Shown here: positions 26,322 through 35,286 of the stretch, piece after piece
How the letters are laid out: every line of letters starts with the position of its first letter
How positions within the stretch are numbered: position 1 is the first letter of the stretch
Assembly (NCBI GenBank): GCA_937870775.1
Contig: CALMZU010000257.1
Span: 1 to 56,493 of the forward strand
From: an uncultured Elusimicrobia bacterium
Lineage (GTDB): Bacteria > Elusimicrobiota > Elusimicrobia > Elusimicrobiales > UBA9959
Direction: 5' to 3'
Length of the DNA: 56,493 nucleotides
The notes under the pieces: model-generated
Told to the model about the DNA's origin: nothing
The model's input: only the letters and a program-made list of their open reading frames with translations
Database searches by the model: none
Program-made: the position numbers and the translations under genes

Positions 26322-27818
26322 ATGACACCGATAATAATGGAAAAGAAGGAGTCCCGCAGCCCCTGGATCTTCGTCCCCAGCACCTATTTCGCCGAGGGCC
26401 TGCCGTACATCATCATCAATTCCGTCTCGGTCATACTTTACAAGAACATGGGCGTCTCCAATACGGAGATGGCCTTCTGGACCAGCCTCCTGTACCTGCC
26501 GTGGGTCATAAAGATGCTGTGGGGCCCGATGGTGGACATGTACGGCACCCGCCGCAAGTGGGCCGTCTACTCGCAGCTTATCATGGCGGCCTGCCTCGGC
26601 GCCGTCGCGGTCTCGCTGACCGGCTCGCATTTCTTCGCGGTCTCGCTCGTCATGTTCGCGCTCGGGGCCTTCGTCTCGGCCACGCACGACATCGCCGTCG
26701 ACGGCTTCTATATGCTGGCCCTCACCAAGGAGGACCAGGCCTTCTTCGTCGGCATACGCTCGATGTTCTACCGCTTCGCGATGATCTTCGGCACCGGCTT
26801 CCTGGTCTACCGCGCGGGCCGCATGCAGGAGGCCACCGGCGACCCGGCCGGCAGCTGGAGCCTGATGATGACGGTGTCGGCGCTGCTGTTCCTGGCGCTG
26901 TTCATATACCACCGGTTCATGCTGCCCTACCCCGCCGAGGACGTCCCCAAGGCCAAGGCGGAACCCGCGGCGCTCTTGCGCTCCGTCGGCACGCTGGCCG
27001 GCTACCTGGCCGCCGCCGGCCTGCTGATCTGGCTGTTCTGGAGCCTGCATTCGCTGGCGGCCAAGCTGATAACGGCCGCGGTGCTCGTTACGGCGCTGGT
27101 GATAGCGCTCAACAGCTACCTGCTGCCGTACCTGAAGCGCAAGATGGCGGAAGAGGGGAACTCCTTCAACGAGGCTTTCGTTTCCTACTTCACCATGGAC
27201 GGCATAGGCTACATCGTGGCCTTCATACTGCTGTACCGCCTGGCGGAGGCCATGCTCCTGAAGCTGACGCAGCCCTTCCTGCTGGACGCGGTGACCAACG
27301 GCGGCCTGGGCATACCGACGGCCGAGGTGGGCATCATATACGGCACCATCGGCATGGTGGCGCTGATAGTGGGCGGCATACTGGGCGGCTGGCTGATCTC
27401 GAAGTACGGTTTCAGGCGCTGCCTGTGGCCCATGGTCTTCGCGCTGCACATCCCCGACGTGTTCTATCTCTACATGTCCTACGCGCAGCCGGCGCTGCGC
27501 CAGGTCATGGTCTTCGGTCACAGCATTCCGTTCGGCACCATACCGCTGCTCGTGGCGGCGGAACAGTTCGGCTACGGCGTGGGCCTGACGGCCTTCACGG
27601 TGTACCTGATGATGATCTGCAAGGGCAAGTACAAGACCGCCCACTTCGCGATCTCGACGGGCATCATGGCCCTGGGCATGATGGTGCCCGGCATGGTGAG
27701 CGGCCTGATACAGGAGCACGTGGGCTACCGCCACTTCTTCCTGACGGTCTGCCTGCTGACGATACCGGGCATACTGGTGATCTTCAAGCTGCCGATAAAG
27801 GACGAACAGGCGGCCTGA
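26322..27818 (+). CDS. MFS transporter, AmpG-like
   Basis: 498 aa. 'FAEGLPYIIINSVSVILYKNMG...LYLPWVIKMLWGPMVD' is typical of the AmpG/acetyl-CoA-transporter-like MFS group. Confidence 0.7.
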   Translation: MTPIIMEKKESRSPWIFVPSTYFAEGLPYIIINSVSVILYKNMGVSNTEMAFWTSLLYLPWVIKMLWGPMVDMYGTRRKWAVYSQLIMAACLGAVAVSLTGSHFFAVSLVMFALGAFVSATHDIAVDGFYMLALTKEDQAFFVGIRSMFYRFAMIFGTGFLVYRAGRMQEATGDPAGSWSLMMTVSALLFLALFIYHRFMLPYPAEDVPKAKAEPAALLRSVGTLAGYLAAAGLLIWLFWSLHSLAAKLITAAVLVTALVIALNSYLLPYLKRKMAEEGNSFNEAFVSYFTMDGIGYIVAFILLYRLAEAMLLKLTQPFLLDAVTNGGLGIPTAEVGIIYGTIGMVALIVGGILGGWLISKYGFRRCLWPMVFALHIPDVFYLYMSYAQPALRQVMVFGHSIPFGTIPLLVAAEQFGYGVGLTAFTVYLMMICKGKYKTAHFAISTGIMALGMMVPGMVSGLIQEHVGYRHFFLTVCLLTIPGILVIFKLPIKDEQAA

Positions 27819-27836
27819 ACGCTCAGCGGAAAAGAG

Positions 27837-27864
27837 AAAAGCCGGCGGGAACGCCGGCTTTTTT
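27837..27864. terminator. Bidirectional terminator between the convergent MFS and CDF genes
   Basis: An A-run precedes stem gccggcg/cgccggc (loop ggaa), and T6 follows. Confidence 0.75.
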
Positions 27865-27884
27865 CATGTCCCCGGGACGTGGGA

Positions 27885-28829
27885 CTAAGTCTTCTTCTCC
27901 GGGGAGACGCAGTTGGCGGCGCAGGCGGCGGGGGAACAGGGCCGGCAGGGCTCGACGTGTATGGTGACCTCGGCGTTCTTCAGCGAGGCGCGTATCGCGG
28001 CGGTGACCTCGTCGGCCACGGCGTGCGCGGCCTCCACCGTCATGTCAGCGGCCACCAGCATATCGAACTCTATGAACCGCACCCCGCCGGCCTTGCGGGT
28101 GCGCAGGCACTTGAAGCTTGTCACGCCGGCGCGGCCGCGTATGGATTCGGTTATAAGGGCGTTCTCCTCCTTGGGGAGCGAGGCGTCCAGCAGGTCGCCC
28201 AGCGACTGCACCGTAAGGTCGTAGGCGGCCTTTATGATCAGCAGCGCCACCAGTATGGCCGCGGCCGGGTCTATCCAGTGCACGTGGTGGCCTTCCCAGG
28301 CCAGTTCTATCAGCCAGATCAGCGCCAGGCCGCCCATCACGCCCATCGAGGTGTACACGTCGGTACGCAGGTGCCAGGCGTCGGCCTTTATGGCCACCGA
28401 GTCGGCCTCGTCGCCTATCTTGAAGAGCATGTGCGAGACCGCCATGTTGACGAAGGAGGACAGGCCCATCACCAGTATGCCCCAGCCGACCAGTTCGATC
28501 GGCTGCGGGTCGAAGATCTTCTTCACCGCCTCTATGATGATCCAGGCCGCGGCGAGGAATATAAGTATCGCCTCGACGAAGCCCGAGACGTTCTCGAACT
28601 TGCCGTGGCCGTAATGGTGCCCCTTGTCGGCAGGCTGCGCGGAGGAACGCACCGCGAAATAGGCTATCAGGGCGGCCACCAGGTCTATGCCGGAATGTAT
28701 GGCCTCGGAAAGCACCGAGATGGAGCCGATAGCGAAACCGACGACCAGTTTGAAGACCACCAGCGCGGCGTTGGAGGTGACAGAAAGCTTCACCACCTTG
28801 ATCTTTTTAGCGTGCAGAGCGTCGTTCAT
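27885..28829 (-). CDS. Cation diffusion facilitator (CDF) family divalent-metal efflux protein
   Basis: 314 aa with TM2 'HSGIDL' and TM5 'HLRTD' (HxxxD pairs) and a cytoplasmic C-domain. The tail is Cys-rich: 'CRPCSPAACAANC'. Confidence 0.8.
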   Translation of the reverse strand: MNDALHAKKIKVVKLSVTSNAALVVFKLVVGFAIGSISVLSEAIHSGIDLVAALIAYFAVRSSAQPADKGHHYGHGKFENVSGFVEAILIFLAAAWIIIEAVKKIFDPQPIELVGWGILVMGLSSFVNMAVSHMLFKIGDEADSVAIKADAWHLRTDVYTSMGVMGGLALIWLIELAWEGHHVHWIDPAAAILVALLIIKAAYDLTVQSLGDLLDASLPKEENALITESIRGRAGVTSFKCLRTRKAGGVRFIEFDMLVAADMTVEAAHAVADEVTAAIRASLKNAEVTIHVEPCRPCSPAACAANCVSPEKKT

Positions 28830-28836
28830 AGGGATA

Positions 28837-28876
28837 TAAAAAGCCCGCCTGTTCTCCTTGCGAATCCCAGGCGGGC
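28837..28876 (-). terminator. Rho-independent terminator after the ferredoxin gene
   Basis: On the minus strand, caggcccgcctg pairs with caggcgggc and is followed by 'tttttat'. Confidence 0.65.
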
Positions 28877-28910
28877 CTGTGCGTCCCTCGGGGGGACGTC
28901 TTGGGTCAGT

Positions 28911-29090
28911 TCAAGCGCAGGTGATGCACTGAACGGGGCAGTTGGCGGCGGCGGCCTTGGCGGCGTCTTCCTTGCCGGCCGGGACGTCCTTGCCCTGGGC
29001 CTTGTCGCCGTTCATCGTGAAAACCTCGGGGCAGTCGTTGGCGCACAGACCGCAGCCGATGCAGGAATTCTGGTCAACAGTAGCTTTCAT
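28911..29090 (-). CDS. Small ferredoxin (59 aa), absent from the supplied ORF track
   Basis: My own translation is 'MKATVDQNSCIGCGLCANDCPEVFTMNGDKAQGKDVPAGKEDAAKAAAANCPVQCITCA'. It has a CxxCxxC...CP motif and a distal 'CP'. The SD 'ggaggt' lies 6 nt upstream, and the gene has its own promoter and terminator. Confidence 0.8.
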   Translation of the reverse strand: MKATVDQNSCIGCGLCANDCPEVFTMNGDKAQGKDVPAGKEDAAKAAAANCPVQCITCA

Positions 29091-29131
29091 TTTATACCTC
29101 CGTTAAATTACCGCGAAGATCCGACCTGATA

Positions 29132-29139
29132 ATTATACA
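29132..29139 (-). promoter_or_regulatory. Extended -10 promoter (TGTATAAT) of the ferredoxin gene
   Basis: The minus strand reads 'tttTGTATAATtatc'. The implied leader to ATG 29090 is about 35 nt. Confidence 0.5.
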
Positions 29140-29143
29140 AAAA

Positions 29144-30241
29144 TCAGTCGCTGATGCGCTTCTCGGTGGCCTTGTCGAAAACGTGCATGTTCCGGTAGTT
29201 GAAGCAGAGCTGCACGGCGCTGCCGGGGCTGCGGTTGAAGAAGGCCTCCACCGTGGCCAGGAGGCGCATCCCGCCGACGTTGATATAGAGGTTCTCGCGG
29301 TGGCCGAGCAGCTCGCAGACCTCCAGCACGCCGTCCACCTTGTCGGAGCAGTCCTGGCCGTCCCGGCCCACCAGCACGTCGTCGGGGCGCACGCCCAGCG
29401 TGACCTCGCGTCCGTCGTGCTTCTTCTGGTCGGAGAGAAGGTAGGGGGGGACCGTGAGCTTTATGTCGGCGTTGGAGAAGACCAGTTTCTCGCCCTCGAG
29501 GGAGAGCCGGCCGTGCATGAAGTTCATCGTCGGGCTGCCGATGAAGCCGGCGACGAAGAGGTTGGCCGGCTTGCGGTACACCTCGATCGGCGAGCCGACC
29601 TGCTGCACGATGCCCTTGTTCATGATGACGATGCGGCCGGCGAGCGTCATGGCCTCCACCTGGTCGTGGGTCACATAGATGATGGTGGCGTTCAGGCGCT
29701 GGTAGAGCTTGGCTATCTCGACGCGCATCTCCTCGCGCAGCTTCGCGTCGAGGTTCGAGAGCGGCTCGTCGAACAGGAACACCTTGGGCTTGCGGACGAT
29801 GGCGCGGCCTATGGCCACGCGCTGGCGCTGGCCGCCGGAGAGCTGCTTGGGCATGCGCTTGAGGAACTTCTGGAGCTGCAGAATGCTGGCGGCCTCGCTG
29901 ACGCGGGCGTCTATCTCGCCCTTGTCGGTCTTCCTGAGGCGCAGCGCGAAGCTCATGTTCTCCTCCACGGTCATGTGGGGGTAGAGAGCGTAGTCCTGGA
30001 ACACCATCGCTATCTGGCGCTTCGACGGGTGCAGGTCGTTGACGCGCAGGCCGTCTATCAGGATGTCGCCGCCGGTAACGTCCTCGAGGCCGGCCAGCAT
30101 CCGGAGCAGCGTGGTCTTGCCGCAGCCCGACGGGCCGACGATCACGACGAACTCGTGGTCCTTTATGTCCACGTCGACGCCGTTGAGGACGGTGTTGTCC
30201 TTGAATTTCTTTATGATGCCTTTGAATTGCACGGAAGCCAT
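29144..30241 (-). CDS. Sugar ABC importer ATPase (MalK/UgpC/MsmX type)
   Basis: 365 aa with 'GPSGCGKTT', 'LSGGQRQR' and 'FLFDEPLSNLD', plus a C-terminal regulatory/TOBE-like domain. Confidence 0.85.
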   Translation of the reverse strand: MASVQFKGIIKKFKDNTVLNGVDVDIKDHEFVVIVGPSGCGKTTLLRMLAGLEDVTGGDILIDGLRVNDLHPSKRQIAMVFQDYALYPHMTVEENMSFALRLRKTDKGEIDARVSEAASILQLQKFLKRMPKQLSGGQRQRVAIGRAIVRKPKVFLFDEPLSNLDAKLREEMRVEIAKLYQRLNATIIYVTHDQVEAMTLAGRIVIMNKGIVQQVGSPIEVYRKPANLFVAGFIGSPTMNFMHGRLSLEGEKLVFSNADIKLTVPPYLLSDQKKHDGREVTLGVRPDDVLVGRDGQDCSDKVDGVLEVCELLGHRENLYINVGGMRLLATVEAFFNRSPGSAVQLCFNYRNMHVFDKATEKRISD

Positions 30242-30254
30242 ATTGTCTCCAGTC

Positions 30255-31157
30255 TTAACCCTTGACGCTGCCCAGCGTGAGGCCGGATATCAGCCACTTC
30301 GACGAATAGAGGAACACGCACAGCACCGGTATCGTCACCAGCATCGAGCCGGCGGCGAACATGCCCCACTGCGTGATGTACTGCCCCTGCAGCTCGAACA
30401 GGCCGAGCGTCCAGGTGTACTGCTTGCTGCTGAACAGCACGACGCGGGCGACGAGGTACTCGTTCCACGCCGTCGTGAAATTGAACAGGAAGGCGATGCT
30501 CAGCGCCGGGGTGGACAGCGGCAGGATGATGCGCCAGAAAGCGCCCACCTGGCTGGTGCCGTCGACGAGCGCCGCCTCCTCGAGCGAGCGCGGGATCGTG
30601 TCGTAGTAGCCCTTGAGGATCCAGATGCTGAACGGCAGCGAGCTGACCGAGTAGGCTATGATCATGCCGAGGTAGGTGTTCATGAGCTTCAGCTTCATGA
30701 TCATCAGGAACAGCGGCAGGATCAGCATGCCGGCGGGGATCATCTGGCTCGACAGCAGCAGGATCAGGCCGGCCTTCTTGCCGGGGAACCGGAAGCGGCT
30801 GAAAGCGTAAGCCGCCGTCGAGGCCAGCGACACGCCTATCACCGACGTGGCTATCGTTATCACGAGCGAGTTCCACAGCCAGCGCAGGAACATGGTGTCC
30901 TTGAGCAGGCTGGCGTAGGCCTTGAACGTGGCGCCGGCGGGGACCAGCGACAGGTCCGTGGAGAACAGCTTGTCGCCGGGCCTCAGCGACACCGAGAAGA
31001 TGCGCAGGAGCGGGTACACGCAGACGGCCGCCGCGAGGATTATGACCAGGTGCACCAGCAGGAACTTGAAGAGCCTGCGGCGCTGTATGGGGTCCTTCAG
31101 CTGGGAGGACAGCGAGTCGAGTTCGGCGTTAAAGGCGGAGATCATTTTGCGGAGCAT
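30255..31157 (-). CDS. Carbohydrate ABC importer permease (MalG-like)
   Basis: 300 aa. The EAA-type loop 'SLEEAALVDGTSQVGAFWRIILP' is present. Confidence 0.8.
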   Translation of the reverse strand: MLRKMISAFNAELDSLSSQLKDPIQRRRLFKFLLVHLVIILAAAVCVYPLLRIFSVSLRPGDKLFSTDLSLVPAGATFKAYASLLKDTMFLRWLWNSLVITIATSVIGVSLASTAAYAFSRFRFPGKKAGLILLLSSQMIPAGMLILPLFLMIMKLKLMNTYLGMIIAYSVSSLPFSIWILKGYYDTIPRSLEEAALVDGTSQVGAFWRIILPLSTPALSIAFLFNFTTAWNEYLVARVVLFSSKQYTWTLGLFELQGQYITQWGMFAAGSMLVTIPVLCVFLYSSKWLISGLTLGSVKG

Positions 31158-31158
31158 A

Positions 31159-32343
31159 TCAGCGCTCCTCCTTGGCGGCGTCGAAACCGTGCAGGTAGGT
31201 CACGGAGATGAAGAACAGCAGCGCGAACACCACTATGGCGAAAGCGGCGGAATAGCTGTAGCGGTTGTACGTGAAAGCGGCCTTGTACAGCGCCGACACC
31301 AGGATGTCGGCCTGCTCGGTGCCGCCGGCCTGGCCGGTGACCAGGTAGATCACGTTAATGTTGTTGAAGGTCCAGACGGTGCCCAGCGTCACGGCGGGCA
31401 TCAGCACCGGGCGTATCAGCGGCAGCGTGATGAAGCGGAGCTTCTGGAAATAGGTGGCGCCGTCGATATCGGCGGCGTCGTAGTAGGAGCTCGAGATGCT
31501 CTGCAGGCCGCCCAGTATGACCACCATCATGAAAGGTATGCCGAGCCAGATGTTGATGATGGTGCAGGTGGTCAGCGGCCAGTCGGAAAGCCACTGCACC
31601 GGGCCCACGCCGAGGTGGGCGAGGAAGGGGAAGGCCGCGGCTATCTTGCCCAGCACTATGTTCACGAAGCCGTTGGTCGCGTGGAACTCGCCGCGCATGG
31701 CGAGAACCGCCACGACCTGGGGCATGGCCCACGGTATGACGAGCAGCGTGCGGTACACGCCCTTGAAGCGTATGCTGTTGTTGAGGAGCAGCGCCAGCGC
31801 GAAGCCGCCCAGCACGTGGAAGAACACGTTGGTGAAGGTCCACAGCAGGGTCCGGCCCAAGAGCGCCCAGAACGTGACCTCGGAGAGCGGGGAGGTGGTA
31901 AAGACCTTTATGTACTGGTCCAGGCCGACGAAAGGGATGCGGCCGGTGTTCTTCCACATCATGATCGTCGTCAGCTTCAGGTCGTGGAAGGACAGGTAGA
32001 ACTCGAAGACGAAAGGATAGACCAGCAGCAGCGCGAGGCCGACGAAGGCCGGGGCCAGGAGCAGGTAGGGCAGCGTATGGCGGCCCCTGACTATCCAGCG
32101 GAAGGCCGCGGCCACCACGGCCTCGGCCCCGAGGAACCACAGCCAGTGGGCGAAAGACGGGGCGGAGAGCGGCGCTGAAACGGCCAGCGCGGCCAGAGGG
32201 AAGGCCGCGAGCGCGGCGGGGAAGAACCAGCGGCGGTCGTGGAACTTGAAGTGATAGTAGAAATAGCCCTCTAGCGCGCCCACGCCGAGGGCTATCAGCA
32301 CTATGAACCAGACTACCTCGTAAAGTGATCGGAGGATTTCCAT
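31159..32343 (-). CDS. Carbohydrate ABC importer permease (MalF-like) with an extended N-terminal TM region
   Basis: 394 aa. The EAA loop 'YYDAADIDGATYFQKLRFITLP' is present. Confidence 0.8.
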   Translation of the reverse strand: MEILRSLYEVVWFIVLIALGVGALEGYFYYHFKFHDRRWFFPAALAAFPLAALAVSAPLSAPSFAHWLWFLGAEAVVAAAFRWIVRGRHTLPYLLLAPAFVGLALLLVYPFVFEFYLSFHDLKLTTIMMWKNTGRIPFVGLDQYIKVFTTSPLSEVTFWALLGRTLLWTFTNVFFHVLGGFALALLLNNSIRFKGVYRTLLVIPWAMPQVVAVLAMRGEFHATNGFVNIVLGKIAAAFPFLAHLGVGPVQWLSDWPLTTCTIINIWLGIPFMMVVILGGLQSISSSYYDAADIDGATYFQKLRFITLPLIRPVLMPAVTLGTVWTFNNINVIYLVTGQAGGTEQADILVSALYKAAFTYNRYSYSAAFAIVVFALLFFISVTYLHGFDAAKEER

Positions 32344-32346
32344 GGG

Positions 32347-33579
32347 TTACCTGTTCATCTCTTCTATCTTCTTGGAGGTGTTCTCCTGCATCTTGCGCAC
32401 CGCGGTGTCCACGTCCATCTTCTTCGTGGTGGCCAGGCCCATGTAGTTGCGGGCCGAGTCCCAGACCGCGCGCATCTCGGTGGCCATCGGCATCGGGCGG
32501 CCCTTGAGTATCTGCTCGAGGGAGATGCGGGACACCTCGTCGGAGGTTATCTCTTTGGCGGAGCCGGCGGCTTTGAGGGCCGGCAGGCGGGTGAGCGTCT
32601 GGTACTGCTTTACCTGGTTCTCGCGGGAGGTGTAGAACTCGAGCAGGCTCTTCAGGAGCTCGAGCTTTTTCGGGCTGACGCCGGAGCTGACCATGAAGTA
32701 TTTGCCGCTGACCATCGGGCTCGGGTAACGGCCGGTCGCGGAAAGCTTCGGGATCACGCAGAGGCCGAAATCCTTCCCTAGCTGCTTCTGGTAGCCGGAG
32801 ATGGCCCAGTCGCCGTTGATGATGAACGCGGCCTTGTTCTCCTTGAACAGCGAGTCCATGCAGTTATAGTCGCACTCCATCGGCACGAACTTCTTCTCGT
32901 ACTTAAGGTCGAGGTAGAAATTGACGGTATCGCGCATGGCCTGCGTGTCGAGCGTGGGCTTCTTGCCGTCCATCGGCCAGCCGCCGAAAGCGCCCAGCCA
33001 GGGCATCAGCCAGAAGGGCTCGCCCATGTCGAAGGCTATGCAGCGGTCGAGCTTGTATCTCTTCGCGTCATTGGCGCAGAAGGAGAAGAGTTCGTCGGTG
33101 GTCTTCGGGGCCGCCTTTACGAACCTCTTGTTGTAGAACATCATCAGGTGGTTGCCGTTCGAGACCGGCACGCCCCACTTGTGCCCGTCGAGGGTTATCG
33201 CCTCGACCACCGGGTCGTTGAACTTCGAGAAATCGAAGATGCCGTCGAGCGGCATGATGAAGCCGGAGACCGCGTAGAGACCGGCGGTATCCGAGGGGCC
33301 CAGCAGCAGGTCCGGCTGCACGCCGGCGAGCGAGGCGGCCTGGAACTGCTGGCGCAGGTCCTCGGTCTGGTAATGGGTGCGGGTGATCTGCACGTCCCCG
33401 TTGCCGGGAAGTTTCCTGAAGGCTTCGAAGACGGAATCTATATAGGGCGCCACCTGCGCGTCCTCCTGCTCCCATACGACTATGGAGCGGGAATCATCGG
33501 CGACGGGGCGGGAACAGGAAGCGAGGAGGGGGACGGCCAGCAGCAGAACGTAACGCGGCAATTTTCCGGTCTTCGACAT
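32347..33579 (-). CDS. Extracellular solute-binding lipoprotein (maltodextrin/oligosaccharide type)
   Basis: 410 aa with the lipobox 'LLASC'. The sequence is MalE-family-like and lies upstream of the permeases. Confidence 0.75.
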   Translation of the reverse strand: MSKTGKLPRYVLLLAVPLLASCSRPVADDSRSIVVWEQEDAQVAPYIDSVFEAFRKLPGNGDVQITRTHYQTEDLRQQFQAASLAGVQPDLLLGPSDTAGLYAVSGFIMPLDGIFDFSKFNDPVVEAITLDGHKWGVPVSNGNHLMMFYNKRFVKAAPKTTDELFSFCANDAKRYKLDRCIAFDMGEPFWLMPWLGAFGGWPMDGKKPTLDTQAMRDTVNFYLDLKYEKKFVPMECDYNCMDSLFKENKAAFIINGDWAISGYQKQLGKDFGLCVIPKLSATGRYPSPMVSGKYFMVSSGVSPKKLELLKSLLEFYTSRENQVKQYQTLTRLPALKAAGSAKEITSDEVSRISLEQILKGRPMPMATEMRAVWDSARNYMGLATTKKMDVDTAVRKMQENTSKKIEEMNR

Positions 33580-33613
33580 TTAGGAGCAACCCCTTGAACC
33601 CCGCGGCTTGACT

Positions 33614-33850
33614 TCAGCTCTTGGAGATATTGGTTATGGCGGCCAGCAGGGCCACCAGCACAGAAAGCTTCAGCGCGGTCCACCAGGATATCTTGGCGGC
33701 CACGAGGCCCGTAGCGACGGCGCCCGGGAAGAGACCCGGCACCGTCCACATCCAGAACCACTTTATAAGGAAGATGCCCAGCACGAAAATGCCCGCCACC
33801 CACAGCACTATCGCCGGGAGGCCTAGCATCAGTATGTTGCGGAGCTTCAT
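33614..33850 (-). CDS. Small (78 aa) two-helix membrane protein, function unknown
   Basis: The ORF is hydrophobic ('MKLRNILMLGLPAIVLWVAGIFVLGIFLIKWFWMW...'). It is the first gene of the minus-strand unit that includes the sugar importer. Confidence 0.5.
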   Translation of the reverse strand: MKLRNILMLGLPAIVLWVAGIFVLGIFLIKWFWMWTVPGLFPGAVATGLVAAKISWWTALKLSVLVALLAAITNISKS

Positions 33851-33856
33851 AGTTCA

Positions 33857-33865
33857 ATTCTAACA
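33857..33865 (-). promoter_or_regulatory. Extended -10 box TGtTAGAAT 6 nt upstream of ATG 33850 (candidate leaderless promoter)
   Basis: The minus strand reads 'aattTGtTAGAATtgaactATG'. Confidence 0.45.
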
Positions 33866-33910
33866 AATTAGGCGGGCACCGGGGCAAGTGCCGCGGGACG
33901 GCATTTTAAG

Positions 33911-33916
33911 TATAAT
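33911..33916 (+). promoter_or_regulatory. Candidate -10 box (TATAAT) for the DUF2914-like gene
   Basis: 'aagtataatc' lies about 40 nt upstream of ATG 33956. The SD 'aggagggg' follows. Confidence 0.35.
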
Positions 33917-33955
33917 CTCCGGGTAAGCACTTACTTTGCACAGGAGGGGTTTGAG

Positions 33956-34411
33956 ATGTCCAAGCACATACTGTTCTCGTTACTGATGTCGGTCTCCGGC
34001 GCGGCCTTCGCGCAGACGGCGGCCCCGGCGGAACAGCCGGCGCAGCAGCCCGCTGCCGCGGTAAAGGTGGAGAAGATCGTCAACGCCGCGGCCGTGGAGA
34101 AGCGCGAGCCCGTAGGCGAGGCCGTCTCTTTCGCCGCCGGCAAGGTGTATACCTGGACCAGGGTCACCGCGGAGAACGTCCCGGCCAGGATCAAGCACGT
34201 CTACCATAAGGACGGCAAGAAGGCCGCCGAGATAGAGCTGTCGGTGAACACCAGTCCCTGCCGCACCTGGAGCGCCAAGACGGTGACGCCCGGCAGCTGG
34301 AAGGTCGAGGTGACCGACGAGGCCGGCAACGTGCTGACCTCCGCGGAGTTCACCGTGACCGCCCCGGCGGCCGCGCCGCAGGAAGCCCCGGCCCCTCAGG
34401 CTAAACCCTAG
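33956..34411 (+). CDS. Secreted DUF2914-like protein
   Basis: 151 aa with signal peptide '...SGAAFAQ'. 'KVYTWTRV...IKHVYHKDGK...CRTWSAKTVTPGSWKVEV.DEAGNVL' fits the DUF2914 pattern as I remember it. Confidence 0.55.
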   Translation: MSKHILFSLLMSVSGAAFAQTAAPAEQPAQQPAAAVKVEKIVNAAAVEKREPVGEAVSFAAGKVYTWTRVTAENVPARIKHVYHKDGKKAAEIELSVNTSPCRTWSAKTVTPGSWKVEVTDEAGNVLTSAEFTVTAPAAAPQEAPAPQAKP

Positions 34412-34443
34412 ATCGGCACGCCGGAGGCCGGGAGCGCCGCACC

Positions 34444-35223
34444 ATGAAATCCACACCAAAGAACCAGAAACTCTACTGGGACAGCCGGGCGCGCGAGTAC
34501 CCGACGCCCTTCGACCCGGCCACCGCGGCCAAGACGCGCCGCATACTGGCCGCGCTGCGCCGCCTGGGCGCGGACCTGCGCGGACTGCGGGTACTGGACA
34601 TAGGCTGCGGCACCGGGGTGTACGCGCTGTGGCTGGCGGCCAACGGCGCCGCCTCGGCCGTCGGCACGGATTCCTCGCGGGCCATGCTGCGGGTCTTCGC
34701 GCGCGAGCGCAGGCTGCGCGGCATAAAGAACGCCTCCTGCTTCGCCGCGGACTGGGCGAAGGTCCCGGCGGAGAAGGTAGCCGGCCGTTTCGACGCGGCC
34801 CTGGCCTCCATGACGATGGCGGTAAAGGGGGAGGCCGACCTGCTGCGCATGGAATCCGCGGTCCCCGGAGGGCTCTGCGTCTACATAGGCTGGGCCGGCA
34901 GGCGCCGCAACGCGCTGATGGAGAAGGTCTACGCCGGGCACGGCCTGGAATACAAGGCGCCGGAAGGCGCGGAACTGGTGTTGGCCGCGCTGAAGCGCCT
35001 GGGCCGCAGGCCCAAGGCGCGCTATATATCGGACAGCTGGACCCGCGGCGACTCCGTCGAGGGGACGCTGGCCGCGATAGCGGTGAACATGAAGGTCAAC
35101 GGCGTGAGGCTCAAGCGGGCCTGGACGCTGGAACTGCTGAAGCAGCGGGCCCGCGGCGGCGTGGTGCCGCAGCGCACGTCGGTGAGGAAGGCCTTGCTGG
35201 TCTGGCGCGCGCCCAGGCCCTGA
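34444..35223 (+). CDS. Class I SAM-dependent methyltransferase
   Basis: 259 aa with motif I 'VLDIGCGTGVYALWLA'. Confidence 0.75.
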   Translation: MKSTPKNQKLYWDSRAREYPTPFDPATAAKTRRILAALRRLGADLRGLRVLDIGCGTGVYALWLAANGAASAVGTDSSRAMLRVFARERRLRGIKNASCFAADWAKVPAEKVAGRFDAALASMTMAVKGEADLLRMESAVPGGLCVYIGWAGRRRNALMEKVYAGHGLEYKAPEGAELVLAALKRLGRRPKARYISDSWTRGDSVEGTLAAIAVNMKVNGVRLKRAWTLELLKQRARGGVVPQRTSVRKALLVWRAPRP

Positions 35224-35236
35224 ACCCGCAAAAAAA

Positions 35237-35274
35237 GAAAGGCCGCCCTGCCTGCGAGGCGAGGGCGGCCTTTC
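35237..35274. terminator. Bidirectional terminator between the convergent methyltransferase and ackA genes
   Basis: gaaaggccgccct pairs with agggcggcctttc, flanked by an A-run and a T-run. Confidence 0.7.
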
Positions 35275-35286
35275 CTTATGTCCGGC

